DNA of 64,000 bases, taken from positions 1-64,000 of the forward strand of contig JAAILG010000109.1 in assembly GCA_012026655.1 (NCBI GenBank), read 5' to 3'. Each line of letters opens with the position of its first letter. The stretch's first letter is position 1. A program made the translations under genes and the position numbers. The notes under the pieces were generated by a model. That model searched no databases and was not told the origin of the DNA. It worked only from the letters and a program-made list of their open reading frames with translations. Origin of the DNA: Hydrolagus affinis. Lineage: Eukaryota. Positions 13,132-24,998 of this stretch are shown here, piece after piece.

Positions 13132-13258
13132 AAAATTGGTCAATTCAATTCCCCACTGTTTGTGGGGACACACCTGTGCACAATTGGCTGCCGCATTTCA
13201 CCCACAAAATATAGTCAATTCACTTTACAGTATATTCTGTGAAGCACTTTGAGACGTG
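13132..13258 (+). mobile_element. SINE body/3' fragment
   Basis: ctgtttgtgggga...caattggctgccgcatttcacccacaaa...gtgaagcactttgagac; same family as 31597-31890. Confidence 0.75.
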
Positions 13259-15180
13259 TTAAAGTGATCATTCACTTAATGCCTGTTTGTGAGGCATTGC
13301 TGTGCACAAATTGGGACATAGTTCACCTGCAAATAACAATGTATTTACAAGTGTAAATAGGATTTACTAATACTTTGTTTTTCATCCTTGTATTCTTATT
13401 CTGCTGGCTCTGTTTTTTTATGTTCATCTGAAGACACATTCATTATATGTGGCTTTTCTACAGCCTGATTTCTCCAGCAGTGTTCGCTCTCAGCTCGTCT
13501 TGTCAGTTTATTTCTAACATTTGTTAATCACTCCCAGCTTGTCACCTTGTTCCAGTCTGATCTCTTTTTTTCTTGCAGTTTGCTCTGATTTCTTGCATGT
13601 GGCTTGAGTTTCAAGTTGACTGCAAACCTGGTCTATCCAGAGTCAATCTTCATCATCCACTCTACCTTCGTGATGACTTGTGTGCTATTATAATAATAAT
13701 CCTTGCCTTTGATATAGTGCTTTTCATGTCTTCTAGCTGCCTCAAAGCGCTTCTGCTTCCGTACCACAAAGGTTAGGTCAAAAGAAAAAAAATTATAATT
13801 TTTATTTACCACTGCAAAGGATTAAGAATTACAGGCATTTTTGATAATAAAACATTCAGCTCGCCCACAGCCAAATCTGGCCTGTTTTATTTGCTTCCAT
13901 TGAAATAATGTGTGATTTCTCTTTATCCTTTGTCTGACTGTAGATGCATCCTTGTTAACTTCTCCAGTAAAAAATACATTAAACCGTAAGAATTCTGCTG
14001 AGATTTTAATATTTGGCCTTAACATTCAACAAAGTGGGGGGTGGGGGGAGTTGGCAAGTGGGTAAATAATATATTCTACTCATTCCTATACTCAGTTTAT
14101 CTGGAAAGATTATAACAAACTATGCATATTTATCTTTGTAATAAAGTATGATGTGTGTAAGGTTAGTCAGTCAGTAAAACTACCAGATTATAAAAAAAAC
14201 CTCTGTACCATATGCTGCAGAATTTGCATGCTGTGAAGCCATTTAATTCGCAGCCATAATTTTTTTTCAGCAAATGGCTTCTACACTTGCCTTGCGACCA
14301 CATATTTTCAAACCAACACTAAGGATTTTACTTACCTATTCCATTATTTCAGCGGTAGAGCTTCATTTATTTATACTTTGTGCAGAAACGAACACATGTC
14401 AAACTAAAAGGGCTTACTTAATAAAAGTGCAAATTCTCCTTCCTATCCTGCTGCAGCAATTGTCTTTTAAGCAATAACCCATTTTCTCAGTTGTTTCAGT
14501 TAAAACTCTGCCACCTGCTTCTATTCTATCTTGAAATGTATGCATTTTTTTTTAAGTTGGTAGAATGATTTGCCCCTAAACAAATTTAACTTTCACTCCA
14601 ACCAAATTAAATTTTACTTGGTGACTTCTTGTTTAGAGGAAAAATGCTTAATGCAGGTTCTTGCAAAACAGTTAAACAGATATTTAGAATCAATTTTGTT
14701 ACATTCATTCTGCATTTCTCAATTCAGAGAGGCTCTTTTTGGGTAAACAGAGAGTACTGTTCGGTGACCAATACTGTTGGTGACCAAGTGATGAAAGTAT
14801 GTAATCATCATCTAATCTGTTGGTTCTTGAAAAAGCTTAATTAATTCATTGATTGTATGTTGGGTTTGGAAAGTGCAAATGCTGTTCTTTGTACTAACAT
14901 AGCTAATAAATGTTTTTAAAATGGGTGAAATATTAATTATTGACCAAACCAATGATTTATGACTGAAAATAGATCCCTGGGAACAAACATGTCATGCCCA
15001 TTCAGTAATCAATCTCCATAAATCTATTTAAAATTGATTTGCAGACTTTACTCTGAGACTCTCTCCTAGGTGAAGGCCACTATTACAAATGCAAGTTCTT
15101 GTTGTTGTCATATCTGAAGTTTATTAAAACTGTTAACTGTAATATATATTATAATTCTGATATAAACTTTCATTCTTTAG

Positions 15181-15234
15181 GGACCACCAGGGTTGCCTGG
15201 TCTGAAGGGAGATCCAGGTACAAAGGGTGAAAAG
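15181..15234 (+). CDS. COL11A1: COL11A1 exon 58 (54 bp) GPPGLPGLKGDPGTKGEK
   Basis: ttctttag|GGA...AAG|gtgagc; the final Lys joins the next exon to form the K-G-H helical cross-link motif. Confidence 0.95.
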
Positions 15235-15418
15235 GTGAGCAACTACAAAACCCATAGTGGTCATTATTGACTCTCCATTTATTCAATGAAGCCAGAATTG
15301 TTCATTTGTTATGTGGCTCCATGAACGAATCCAAGCATTGCCCTGTTTTTATACTTATTCATTTCAATTTAATTTGCTCTATGTCATAGTTGTATGACTT
15401 TCTCCTGTGGTTCTGTAG

Positions 15419-15535
<117 letters not shown>

Positions 15536-15890
15536 TGATTCTCATTTCAATTCTTTTTTGCCCAGACAATGGCATCTCACATCAATATTTCCTTGTTGTA
15601 GAAAGAAAAATGACGACGACATGTGTCGGACACTTGGCTGTTCAAAGTATCTTTTAAAAAACTTATTGCAAAACTTAGAATTGATCCAAAAGCTGTTGAT
15701 AATTTTTTTTCCATGTTGACATGTGACTAAAATAAATGTTAACTTCAATATTCATACACAAAGAAAAAAATGTTTTCACCTCAGGATGAGTGGTTGTACG
15801 TTTAGTGCTCCAAGATGCTACCATCGTATGAAGGGCATTTTATAAAACGCATGTAGTTGTTATTCTTACGTGCTTGCTTTGGTTTTGTAG

Positions 15891-15944
15891 GGTATTGCTG
15901 GTTCCTCAGGTCCTCTCGGTCCTCCAGGTCCCCCTGGTTTGCCT
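15891..15944 (+). CDS. COL11A1: COL11A1 exon 60 (54 bp) GIAGSSGPLGPPGPPGLP
   Basis: ttttgtag|GGT...CCT|gtaagt. Confidence 0.95.
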
Positions 15945-16077
15945 GTAAGTAAACAAAACATTTATTGTAAATTATTATATTTGTAAGGAAATATTTGAAC
16001 CTTACAATTTAGTTCCATTTGTTAGTTATTCTTCAATGGGCTTACCTCATCTCACTCTTTTTATTTCTTTATTCCAG

Positions 16078-16113
16078 GGTCCTCTAGGTCCAAAGGGATC
16101 CAAAGGTTCAACG
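16078..16113 (+). CDS. COL11A1: COL11A1 exon 61 (36 bp) GPLGPKGSKGST
   Basis: tattccag|GGT...ACG|gtaagt; 36-bp exon characteristic of clade-B collagens. Confidence 0.95.
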
Positions 16114-16236
16114 GTAAGTGATGTGTTTGCTAACATTTTTGACTGGCTCCAAAATAAAAATCAATTTGTGCCCTTTTCAGGACATTATTTGGTTAATATT
16201 TATTGCCAGCTGTAATATACCTGTTTTTCTTCATAG

Positions 16237-16290
16237 GGTCTTGTTGGTCAGAAAGGCGACACTGGGTTATCTGGCCCACCCGGTCAACCT
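16237..16290 (+). CDS. COL11A1: COL11A1 exon 62 (54 bp) GLVGQKGDTGLSGPPGQP
   Basis: cttcatag|GGT...CCT|gtaagt. Confidence 0.95.
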
Positions 16291-16973
16291 GTAAGTACAA
16301 AATCTATGTGATTATTTTTTGAAGAATAATTGCTTCATGCAGGGTTTGTTTTCAATCTAACGTTTGAGTGCCACAGCAGAGATCACATTTGTCTGAGAGT
16401 CATTGACATCCTCAGACGTTTACTTGTTGGCTCCACTTACCGTTTGAACACTATTTAACACAGCGATAACTTATCTGTTTGCAATAGAAGTGTGACAGCC
16501 TTGATCACTATCATTTGTGGTTTCTACTGGCTCGAAATTCTGTTTTTAAAAGTCAGTTTTCAGTCAATTAAACAGACAACAACAACAAAATTTAATTTTT
16601 AGAGCACCTTCCACGTCAGGAGGAAACAGTGGGAACTAGAATCAAAAGGCATTTGTGGATTTAAAAGTATACTTTTTCTAACGTAACAAAGTTAGAAAAG
16701 CTAGGATCTGTTTGATTAGCTGGGGAATAGTCAATAAAATTAATTTAAAAAATAAGACAGGGAGACTGGCGAGGAAGAGCAAATAGGAGATCAAGAAATC
16801 TCAGGTCACTACAAACCTCAGGTCTTGGTCTCAAGCATCAATTGAAAAGGTGTAGTGTGAAGCTACTCTGTGCCCAACATGCATCTCGTCTGTTAAGGAA
16901 AATATATTTGGGGTATCAATTTTCTGTTTATCAATGAATACCTCAATTGTTTGCTTGATTTTTAAACTTAAAG

Positions 16974-17220
16974 GGCCCACCAGGCGAGATTATCCAACCC
17001 TTACCAATCCGTTCACCAAAGAAGTCGAGGAGGTCATCTGACATGCAGGCTGATGAAGCTGGCAATGATCTGGAGTATGGTGATGGCATGGAAGAGATCT
17101 TTGGTTCACTGAACAATCTGAAAATGGAAGTTGAACGGATGAAACATCCGATGGGCACAGAAAACAACCCAGCACGTACCTGCAAGGACCTGCAGCTCTG
17201 CCACCCAGACTTCCCAGATG
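16974..17220 (+). CDS. COL11A1: COL11A1 exon 63 (247 bp): end of helix, C-telopeptide, basic KKSRR cleavage-type motif, start of C-propeptide
   Basis: acttaaag|GGC CCA CCA GGC GAG ATT ATC CAA... encodes [20 protein letters not shown]...[17 protein letters not shown]; G|gtaaac, phase 1. Confidence 0.95.
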
Positions 17221-17292
17221 GTAAACATGAGCGGTTTTAAATGGGCAAATATTAATAATCAAGTGATTCAACAACACAAATCATGTCAATAT

Positions 17293-17521
17293 GGAGTCCC
17301 ACAGCATAATGGATAGCTCACTCGCAAGTGAGTGGACCTGGGTTTATTTCTCGGGCAGGGCAAAACATTAGGCAGGTTTCCTAACCGCACACACTGCTGT
17401 TTTGCCAAGCAGTAAGTAGGAACCCTTCACGCAAAAAAATTATTTGGTCAATTTACAACTGTTTCTGACTCGCTGCTGTGCACAATTGGCCACATTTCGT
17501 CCACAAAATATACAGTCAATT
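17293..17521 (+). mobile_element. Diverged tRNA-headed SINE lacking its tail
   Basis: Head ggagtccc...gacctgggtttatttctcgggcagggcaaaac and body gctgtgcacaattggc...cacaaaatatacagtcaat align by eye with the 47-kb copy. Confidence 0.55.
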
Positions 17522-17880
17522 GTAAAACTCACTTAACAATCAAACTAAAGTACCACATAGTTGATCGAGAATTATATTGGCCTGTTTAACTTTCTATTGC
17601 AAGGGAACAATATCCTCTATAGAAATAATGGTCACTACAGTGTTATGAAATCTGTAAATGCAGTTTTCATTCAGAGATCTAGGATGAAAAAAAAACTTAT
17701 CTGCAGATGTTGGCCAAACCCATGATGAACATTAACTATTTATCTGGGTTGCAAAAGAAGGTTTATTGAATAGAGTCAATTTGTTTAACCACTGGTAATG
17801 AATGGACCTGAAAGTGATTTGAAATTGCATTGAATTTTAGTGTTATCAATTTAGTTGAACAATCTACTCTTTTTGTTCAG

Positions 17881-17993
17881 GTGAATACTGGATTGATCCT
17901 AACCAGGGATGCCCTGGAGATTCGTTCAAGGTGTACTGTAACTTTACAACTGGTGGTGAGACTTGTATCTATCCAGATATCAAGTCAGCAGCA
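17881..17993 (+). CDS. COL11A1: COL11A1 exon 64 (113 bp) (G)[37 protein letters not shown]
   Basis: ttgttcag|GT GAA TAC TGG...GCA|gtgagt; phase matches exon 63. Confidence 0.95.
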
Positions 17994-18294
17994 GTGAGTA
18001 GCTACTGATCCTTTGATTGTGTGTCAATCGTTAAGCATTCATCATTGTGTAAATCTTTGACACTGGTACAATGCATAATAATGGGCTTGCCAGCGATAAA
18101 TGGCAAAATTCACTGCACTTTTGTTTTGCAAATGTGGTTTGTGTCAGCCTGAACTACCCACTAAAATCAGATTTACGTGTTGAAATTGTACTCCTTAATC
18201 CATATTATACCTTTAGTCCTTAATTTACTTGTAAATGGTTAATGATGTAGCTTCTCTTTTTGTGCGGATCTGGGCTGTGAATATCGGAAAGTTG

Positions 18295-18540
18295 TATTGA
18301 CCAGGAGGGACATTACAGTTGAACCCAATCTTGACACGATGACTATACACGTACACTTTCCCGCAGAAACAGCTGTACAGCAATCAAGAGCTTGAGCTCA
18401 GATTAATTTTCCTCTCTGTAGTGCAGGTTTGCTGAGGTTACTTGCAATGCGCCTAATTGAGATCAATACAAACCAAGCACCCAGCCTGAGACTCAATATA
18501 GCTCTTCTATTTCGGGCAATAATAGCTTTTCCACTTGACC
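18295..18540 (-). mobile_element. Possible ancient tRNA-derived SINE relic
   Basis: gggacattacagttgaacccaatc...cactttcccgcag...gctgaggttacttg...gagatca resembles an old vertebrate SINE as I recall it; highly diverged. Confidence 0.3.
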
Positions 18541-19739
18541 CAATACTCTGGGGGTAGAGAGGATGCAAAATTAATTGTATTTATTGCAATATTTTATCCT
18601 GTGCTTTACAACTACTGTACGAACAGAAGCAAACCAAGACCAATCTTAAATTTTTTTACTTATTGTTACGCATTTATACTCTCTGAGCTCCCATAAACAT
18701 TATTCTCATTTCACAGCTCGATGCACACAGTTGTGTTCCTCAATTTCCAATCATAGAAATTGAAGCTCCAATTTTCCAGCCACTTTAAAAATCAAAAGGA
18801 AACAATGACTCGAAAGCATTGATTGTCCACTTGTAATATTCATTTCTGAATTTTGTAATTGCGACAAGTTTCATGGTTTATCGTGCTGAAAAGGAGACAC
18901 TTCCTATGACAATTGGGCATTTGTGTAGTGCACTTAGGTTTTTTAAGATGAGAAATGTTTAATTGCACTTATAGAGTTGTAGCTAAAGAGAATTAGCTGC
19001 CAAACATTTAACTGCTCTGTATTTTAGTAAACTTGTTCCTCTTCAATTGGATATTACTGCGAATTGATACCAAAATTGTTATTCTAACTCAAATTGCCTC
19101 CTTCGTTGATAGATGACTGATCTGTTCCTTAATTTCAGTAAATTATTTGTAAGAGAAATCAGCAGGGTTAAATTGCAAATGTACTTTCAAACTAAATTAA
19201 CAGATTTTTTGTATACAATGAGGCACTTTTATTCTAGTTTAAGCCTAGAGCTGGTCTTATTTTCTACAGTGGAATGTAGAAAATAAGACTAACCAATTTG
19301 TACAGGTATTATGAATAATAGTTGCAATACATGAGGAAAAAAACAACTCTTTAAATATCTGAAATGAATAATATGTAGAGGGATTATAATCTTTTAATAG
19401 TGTTAGTCTAAAAGATGCCTTTTGCCTTAACTGTGAATATATTAACAGTTCTCACTGTCGTGAGATTCATAAGAGTGAATTTCTAATTTTATCAATGTAT
19501 CATGGGTTATTCCTGTGCCAAATAGTTTGTCACTTAATTTCTAATGACGTTTCCAGGTCCTAAATCCATCACTCACCAATGAGTGTACTGAATGATGAAC
19601 AAACATCAAGATAATGTATTATTGGTTGAACTTGTTTTGAAATAAAACAACAATTTAAATTGGATACTGCTACTAGTTAATTCATCAGTGTACTGTCACC
19701 ACTATATATTTTAAAACTACTTTTTGTCTTCCACAATAG

Positions 19740-19808
19740 GCTCGAATTTCTCCTTGGCCAAAAGAATCACCAGGATCATGGTTCAGTGAATTCAAGCGGG
19801 GTAAACTG
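19740..19808 (+). CDS. COL11A1: COL11A1 exon 65 (69 bp) [23 protein letters not shown]
   Basis: cacaatag|GCT...CTG|gtaaga. Confidence 0.95.
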
Positions 19809-19904
19809 GTAAGATTACTCTGTTGGCCTTTAAATTTTCACTAGGACATCCTCCCAATGTGAAAGGCACTTTACAAATGTAATTTTGTTGTTATTTTTGT
19901 AATT

Positions 19905-20168
19905 TTTCTAATTATGAAAGGATTCAAGAGGGTAAACAGTGAGATTATTTCTGCTAGTTGCTAAATCGATAACAAGGGGGCACAAGCTTAAAATTCATTC
20001 TTGAATTAAACAGTAGAAACACATACCATGTTAAATAAGTCAATAGATAAATATTTAAGGAATAAATATATATAAAAGGGTAATTGAGGAAAGAGCAGGA
20101 GCATGGGATATGGGGAACTAACTGGATGGGCCAAACAACCTATTTCTGAAACCCTTACTATGATTCTA
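19905..20168 (+). mobile_element. CR1 LINE 3' fragment (internally deleted)
   Basis: attatgaaaggattc...acaagggggcacaagcttaaaatt (TRGHKLK) ... tggatgggccaaacaacct...ctatgattct tail. Confidence 0.65.
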
Positions 20169-21593
20169 TTAAACAGTTACCGCACTAATGAGAGGCTAAA
20201 CTTCTTAGGTCCTTCCAAAAACACACGCCCATATTGTAAATGTAACTAGTGAACCTGCATTTTGATAACAAGCCTACTTTGTGTGGTTAATGGCCTTTTT
20301 GAGGGATCCTACTCCTGCCTGAATTGAGTGCAGGGAATCAGTCAAAACAATAAATAGCACAAACATTTATGACTAATATCACTCTGAAAATGAACTTGGA
20401 ATATGTTATTCCTTTCTAGGGGAACAACTTATTTGTTCATGTGTGAAACAAGCTGGTTTGAGCACCTTGGAAATGAAAAAGCTGAATATTTTCTGGTGCA
20501 ATGCAGATAAAGTTATTTCACTGACCTTTAAAGAAATACAGTTGCTTATAATCCTTGGTTTCTATAGGTCAAACACCTTATACTCTTAAGATAAACGATA
20601 ACATTTAGAATTCCTGCAGACACTGGATTATCAATTATCGAATGGTACATTCTGCTATTTCAACCAGCCTAAAACACCGCAGTATAATTGCAGTTTAGCA
20701 GCTCAAATCCAACAACAACACCCAAATTACATTTGTATAGTGCCCTTTACGTCAGGAGGACATCCCAGGGCACGGGACAGACAATATTTTGGTTGGTGCA
20801 TGCAGCAATCAGTGTGAAGAAGAGTATAATGGGTACTAGAAATATAACTTCAGACTATACTGCTCCTAGCAGTATATCACTAGTAAATCAACGCAGAAAC
20901 TGAAGTATAACCAAGTCACTATTATGTTTTATTGAGTAAAGGCCTGTAGCCAATTATACAATCACGGTTGGACAGACTAGCATAGAAATGAGATAATCTT
21001 AAAAATAAATGGCTAGGTAATGTGTCAAGGTAACAGTTTGTATGAAGAAAAAAAAATTGGTTGGGGGTTGGTGCAATCAGTTTCACACTGAGTCTGCAGG
21101 AAGAAGAAAGAATGGATGGGATGATGCATTAGAAACATATTTGGAAGAACCTTGACAGTGGTACCAATAAAATAGAGAGCCTGTAGTAAAGTAAGAAGAT
21201 AGAAGCCACAAGAGGGAGAAGGATAACCCAACAAACAACTTAATTTCCTTTATCTTGCTTGATTTAATATGTGTACATTGAATTAGGCAACTGTTTGTTG
21301 CTGATACTTTCAGCAAAATCAGTCAGGAAAAAAAAATTGATTCCAGTGAGCTGAGCCTTTCAGTTCATGAGTCTGTTATAACTATCTTTTATGGTTGAAA
21401 ATCACAAGAAGCTCTACATAGTAGAATTTAATGGTAAATACTTAATTAACACTTTAAATGCTACAAGTTAGTGCCTAAATGTGTATTGCCCTGATCCCTT
21501 TCCTGCATAACTTAAGCAGTGCATGTCAGGCATTGGAGAATTATTCATTTTTCTTATTCATACTTGTCTAAACTGTCTGCAATTCTCTTCCAG

Positions 21594-21827
21594 CTCTCAT
21601 ATGTGGATTCTACAGGCCAACCAATTAACTTAGTGCAAATGACATTCCTGAAACTACTGAGTGCCTCTGCCAGACAGAATTTCACTTACAACTGTCAGAA
21701 ATCAGTAGCTTGGCATGATGTGTCATCTGACAGCTACGACAAAGCATTGAGGTTCCTGGGATCAAATGATGAAGAGATGTCACACGACAATAATCCTTAC
21801 ATCAAAGCCATCTACGATGGTTGTGCA
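21594..21827 (+). CDS. COL11A1: COL11A1 exon 66 (234 bp) [22 protein letters not shown]...[10 protein letters not shown]
   Basis: ctcttccag|CTC...GCA|gtaagt; within ORF 21519..21881. Confidence 0.95.
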
Positions 21828-22583
21828 GTAAGTGTTACTTTGACATGCATTTATTTCTACTCTCTTGCCGTCCTCCAGTGATATGTAACCACGCTGATCT
21901 GCAGATTCAATTGCCTTTCACAATTTGGTTTGATAAGAGTGGCAGAAGCAATGCAACCCCTTCAATTTATGCTGAAGCTTTTAACAAGGCCTACGTACTG
22001 TGCGTTAGAAATACCATATTTGGTTTCCCTCAATGCTCCACCATTTGATATGGTGTTCTCATGAGCCACACATATTTTAGATCATTTACAAAATTCATTT
22101 CATTTTGCACGCCCAGGTTAATCAACTTTCTGTAAATTAACAATGTCATTCTGTGCAGGTGTACATGAATGACATCCAAACTTCTATAAACATGTGCTAG
22201 TTTCACAGTTAGAAGTAAAATAATTTGGTGGAAATAAACAGTGGTGACAAGCCAAAATTCTGAATCGAGGGATGACATCTACTGGTTTCAGTTCACTAAT
22301 TACTTTATTAATCAGTTCACTAATTAATTTTTCAAAGATCTGTTTCACCTGAGAGCTACACAGTATTAAGCAATATGTTATATCTAAGCAAATATTACAA
22401 AAATCAATGCCAAATATTACAAGGCAAATTATGAGAGTAATAAAGTGACAGTTATTGCTCAAACTGATTGTAGTGAGTATCACTTACATACACTTCTCGT
22501 TTCAGGGTGTCAGTACGGGTTGCTGTAGAAATTATTTCAATAAATATCAAGTTTGTAATCTCTTTACCTATTTCCATTTACAG

Positions 22584-22730
22584 CTGAGAAAAGGCTATGA
22601 AAAGACTGTAATTGAGATCAACACCCCAAAAATTGACCAAGTGCCAATCATAGACTTTCTGGTGAATGACTTTGGTGATTCGAACCAGAAGTTTGGATTT
22701 GAAGTTGGTCCTGTATGTTTCCTTGGCTAA
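22584..22730 (+). CDS. COL11A1: COL11A1 final coding exon 67, [16 protein letters not shown]...[10 protein letters not shown]
   Basis: catttacag|CTG...GGC TAA. Confidence 0.95.
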   Translation: MRKGYEKTVIEINTPKIDQVPIIDFLVNDFGDSNQKFGFEVGPVCFLG

Positions 22731-23492
22731 ACTCAGGACATGGGGCAGATCAACAAGCAAGCTGCAACTTGGTGCCACCAACCCACTCCATGCCACATGC
22801 AAGTTTTGAATATGGATGGTGTAGAAAATATCTCTCGCCGTGTATGTATGTATTATTATCTAGAACATACGTGTTGCCCTTGTAGGGCCAGAATCACATG
22901 ACGTAAACCTATTATGGCAAACGTCGAAGGACATATGATGCCATGGCGGAGAATAGTACACAGACAACAACATAGGCTTTGCTGTGAAGTGTCGCCTTCT
23001 CTTCAGATGCCTCCGGTGCTGAACAACTGACTGTCACGATGCTCTTTCACATGCATTACAGAGGTGCTAAGAAGGTGTATTTTAATTAACTGTAATTATA
23101 ATTGTAAAATACTGTAATTTCTGTATCCACTTTCAAAACTTGCATGTGTCTCTCTACTTCACAACACTTGGCTATCTTTAGTGCCATTTTCAAAATAACC
23201 TATTTTTTAATTGAAAAACTGTAACGATAAAAAGTAAAATGTTAGCCTCCAGTAAATGAAATTCATTCTTTTTCCGATTGCAATAAATTCCATTGTGTAT
23301 ATCGGCCATGAAGAGCTCTGTCTTTACTTACAGTCGCCTTCAAGACCAGAAATGATAACACTAGAAGATCTTTAACAACACATCAGTCAAATCAACATTA
23401 CTGTGCTGATGTTGCTATGTATTTGCTATGGTACATTTCTGAATGAGAAAGGAATCAATCCCTTATGGAACAAGTGCAAAAAATCTATTTGT

Positions 23493-23500
23493 TGGTGCTA
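23493..23500 (+). promoter_or_regulatory. miR-29 8mer seed match TGGTGCTA
   Basis: Exact 8mer in a collagen 3'UTR. Additional GGTGCTA at 23063-23069 and GGTGCT at 23015-23020. miR-29 targeting of collagen mRNAs is established. Confidence 0.65.
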
Positions 23501-24766
23501 TATTTATAAGTTTCTAGCAGAACTGCTAGACCCGTGAATGCTTAAGGTTACCCTGTATCTATCTATGACGTTCGTATTCTGTGCAATGGGGGTAAAGGCA
23601 TTTCTCAAATCTAGATCTTGCCAGTTACAGACAGACCTCTTTGCTTATGCTTTTTTTCCATTTCATGAAAAACAAATGCACTTCAAGTTTTTGACCGAGA
23701 AATTTAGTACAATCTAAATCAGCTGTATTTTTTTTTCTATGCCCAAACTTAGCTTTACGATTTGACTTGAATTGAGGTAACATTTAGATACCTTTATGTC
23801 AGTGCGTTGATATTATGGCTTCTTTCAGCAAACAACAATTTAGTGCCGGTAGAATTCTCCCTTCCTAACAAGCAAACATTTCTTAAACCAATGTAGACTA
23901 AAGACCATGCACTCCATAATATGTTTAGGTCATGTGATTCTAACTTGTTGCTAAGCAACATGTTACGCGACTGCTACTTACGGAGCTTACTTTCTTGGAC
24001 CCCAAACTTTTCAAATCTTATTAAAATATTGTTTAAATTAAAATCCGTTTGGTCTTCTTCCCGTTGAGTACTCTGCATTAGTTGTCTGGGAATAGGGAAC
24101 AATTTTTAAAAAAAATACTTTCAGAAAGATAGATCTTTTGTAATTATTTTTCATAATATATGTAAGACTTGAAAATACATGTTTGGTAACTTGCTCAGTG
24201 AGTTTTTAAATTAATTGGTATCAGACCCTACAGGCCCGTTTTTAATGAAGTCTTGTGTTTCTCCATGTGACATAAAAACTTGTAAATTGAGATTCAAATG
24301 AACGTATTATGGTTATGCATTTCTTTATTTTCAGACCAAAGTTTGTAACTGTCGACCTCAAAAAAACAATATTAAAAAAAATATCAATAAAAGTCAAGTC
24401 TTGTCTACCTGGGTTGGTTCTGCTGTTTCTTTTGTGCAGAGAGAGTGGTGGGCCAGGAATTCTGTATTGCTTCGGATGTCTTCAAGGTTTCTCAGCTCCT
24501 GCTCGACTAAAGAGTTTAACAAGTAAAGATCAATTAAACAGATGGATGTGGTGTGCAGTTTTGTAGATTTGTAATGTGATAGGAAATTAGGAACAGTACA
24601 GGCACTCAATGAGTCTTAGCAAATCACAATATCGACTTCAATTTTGCTTTGTATAAATTGATTGTAGAGTTATCTGAGATACAAAAACTGCAAGATTTAA
24701 CAGTTTAAAAAAAATGTAATGACTTCACCTGTATTAAATGGCTCTCTGTATTAAAGTTTATATAAA

Positions 24767-24772
24767 AATAAA
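24767..24772 (+). terminator. Probable distal polyadenylation signal
   Basis: AATAAA preceded by two ATTAAA and several TGTA motifs, followed by CA and T-rich sequence. Confidence 0.5.
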
Positions 24773-24882
24773 ATTATTTACAATGCTTTCACTTGGGTTC
24801 TAAGCTTCAACACTTTTTCTGATCACTTCAGAACAGTTCGGATATATGTCTGCAAGATATGGGTGACTTGATTTTTTTTTAA

Positions 24883-24998
24883 ACTGCTGTACACTTGCCT
24901 ACAAATATACAGTCTATTCACTTTACAGTATATTCTGTGAAGCACTTTGAGACGTCCAGAAGACACGAAAAGCGCTACATCAAATGCAAGGATTATTG
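24883..24998 (+). mobile_element. SINE 3' fragment
   Basis: tgtgaagcactttgagacgtccagaagacacgaaaagcgctacatcaaatgcaaggattatt tail. Confidence 0.75.

Larger units (their letters stand above)
22731..24790 (+). other. COL11A1: COL11A1 3'UTR (3' end approximate)
   Basis: Follows the stop codon. No recognisable repeats until ~24.88 kb. AATAAA at 23282, 24386 and 24767; ATTAAA at 24733 and 24750. Confidence 0.6.

Noticed and set aside
19915-19955. attcaagagggtaaacagtgagatta resembles the end of exon 65 (attcaagcggggtaaactggtaagatta), suggesting a mutually exclusive duplicate exon like COL5A1 64A/64B
   Set aside because: No acceptor or WPKE-like frame 69 bp upstream, and the stretch is part of a CR1 fragment. 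I saw no alternative 69-bp exon in introns 64 or 65.
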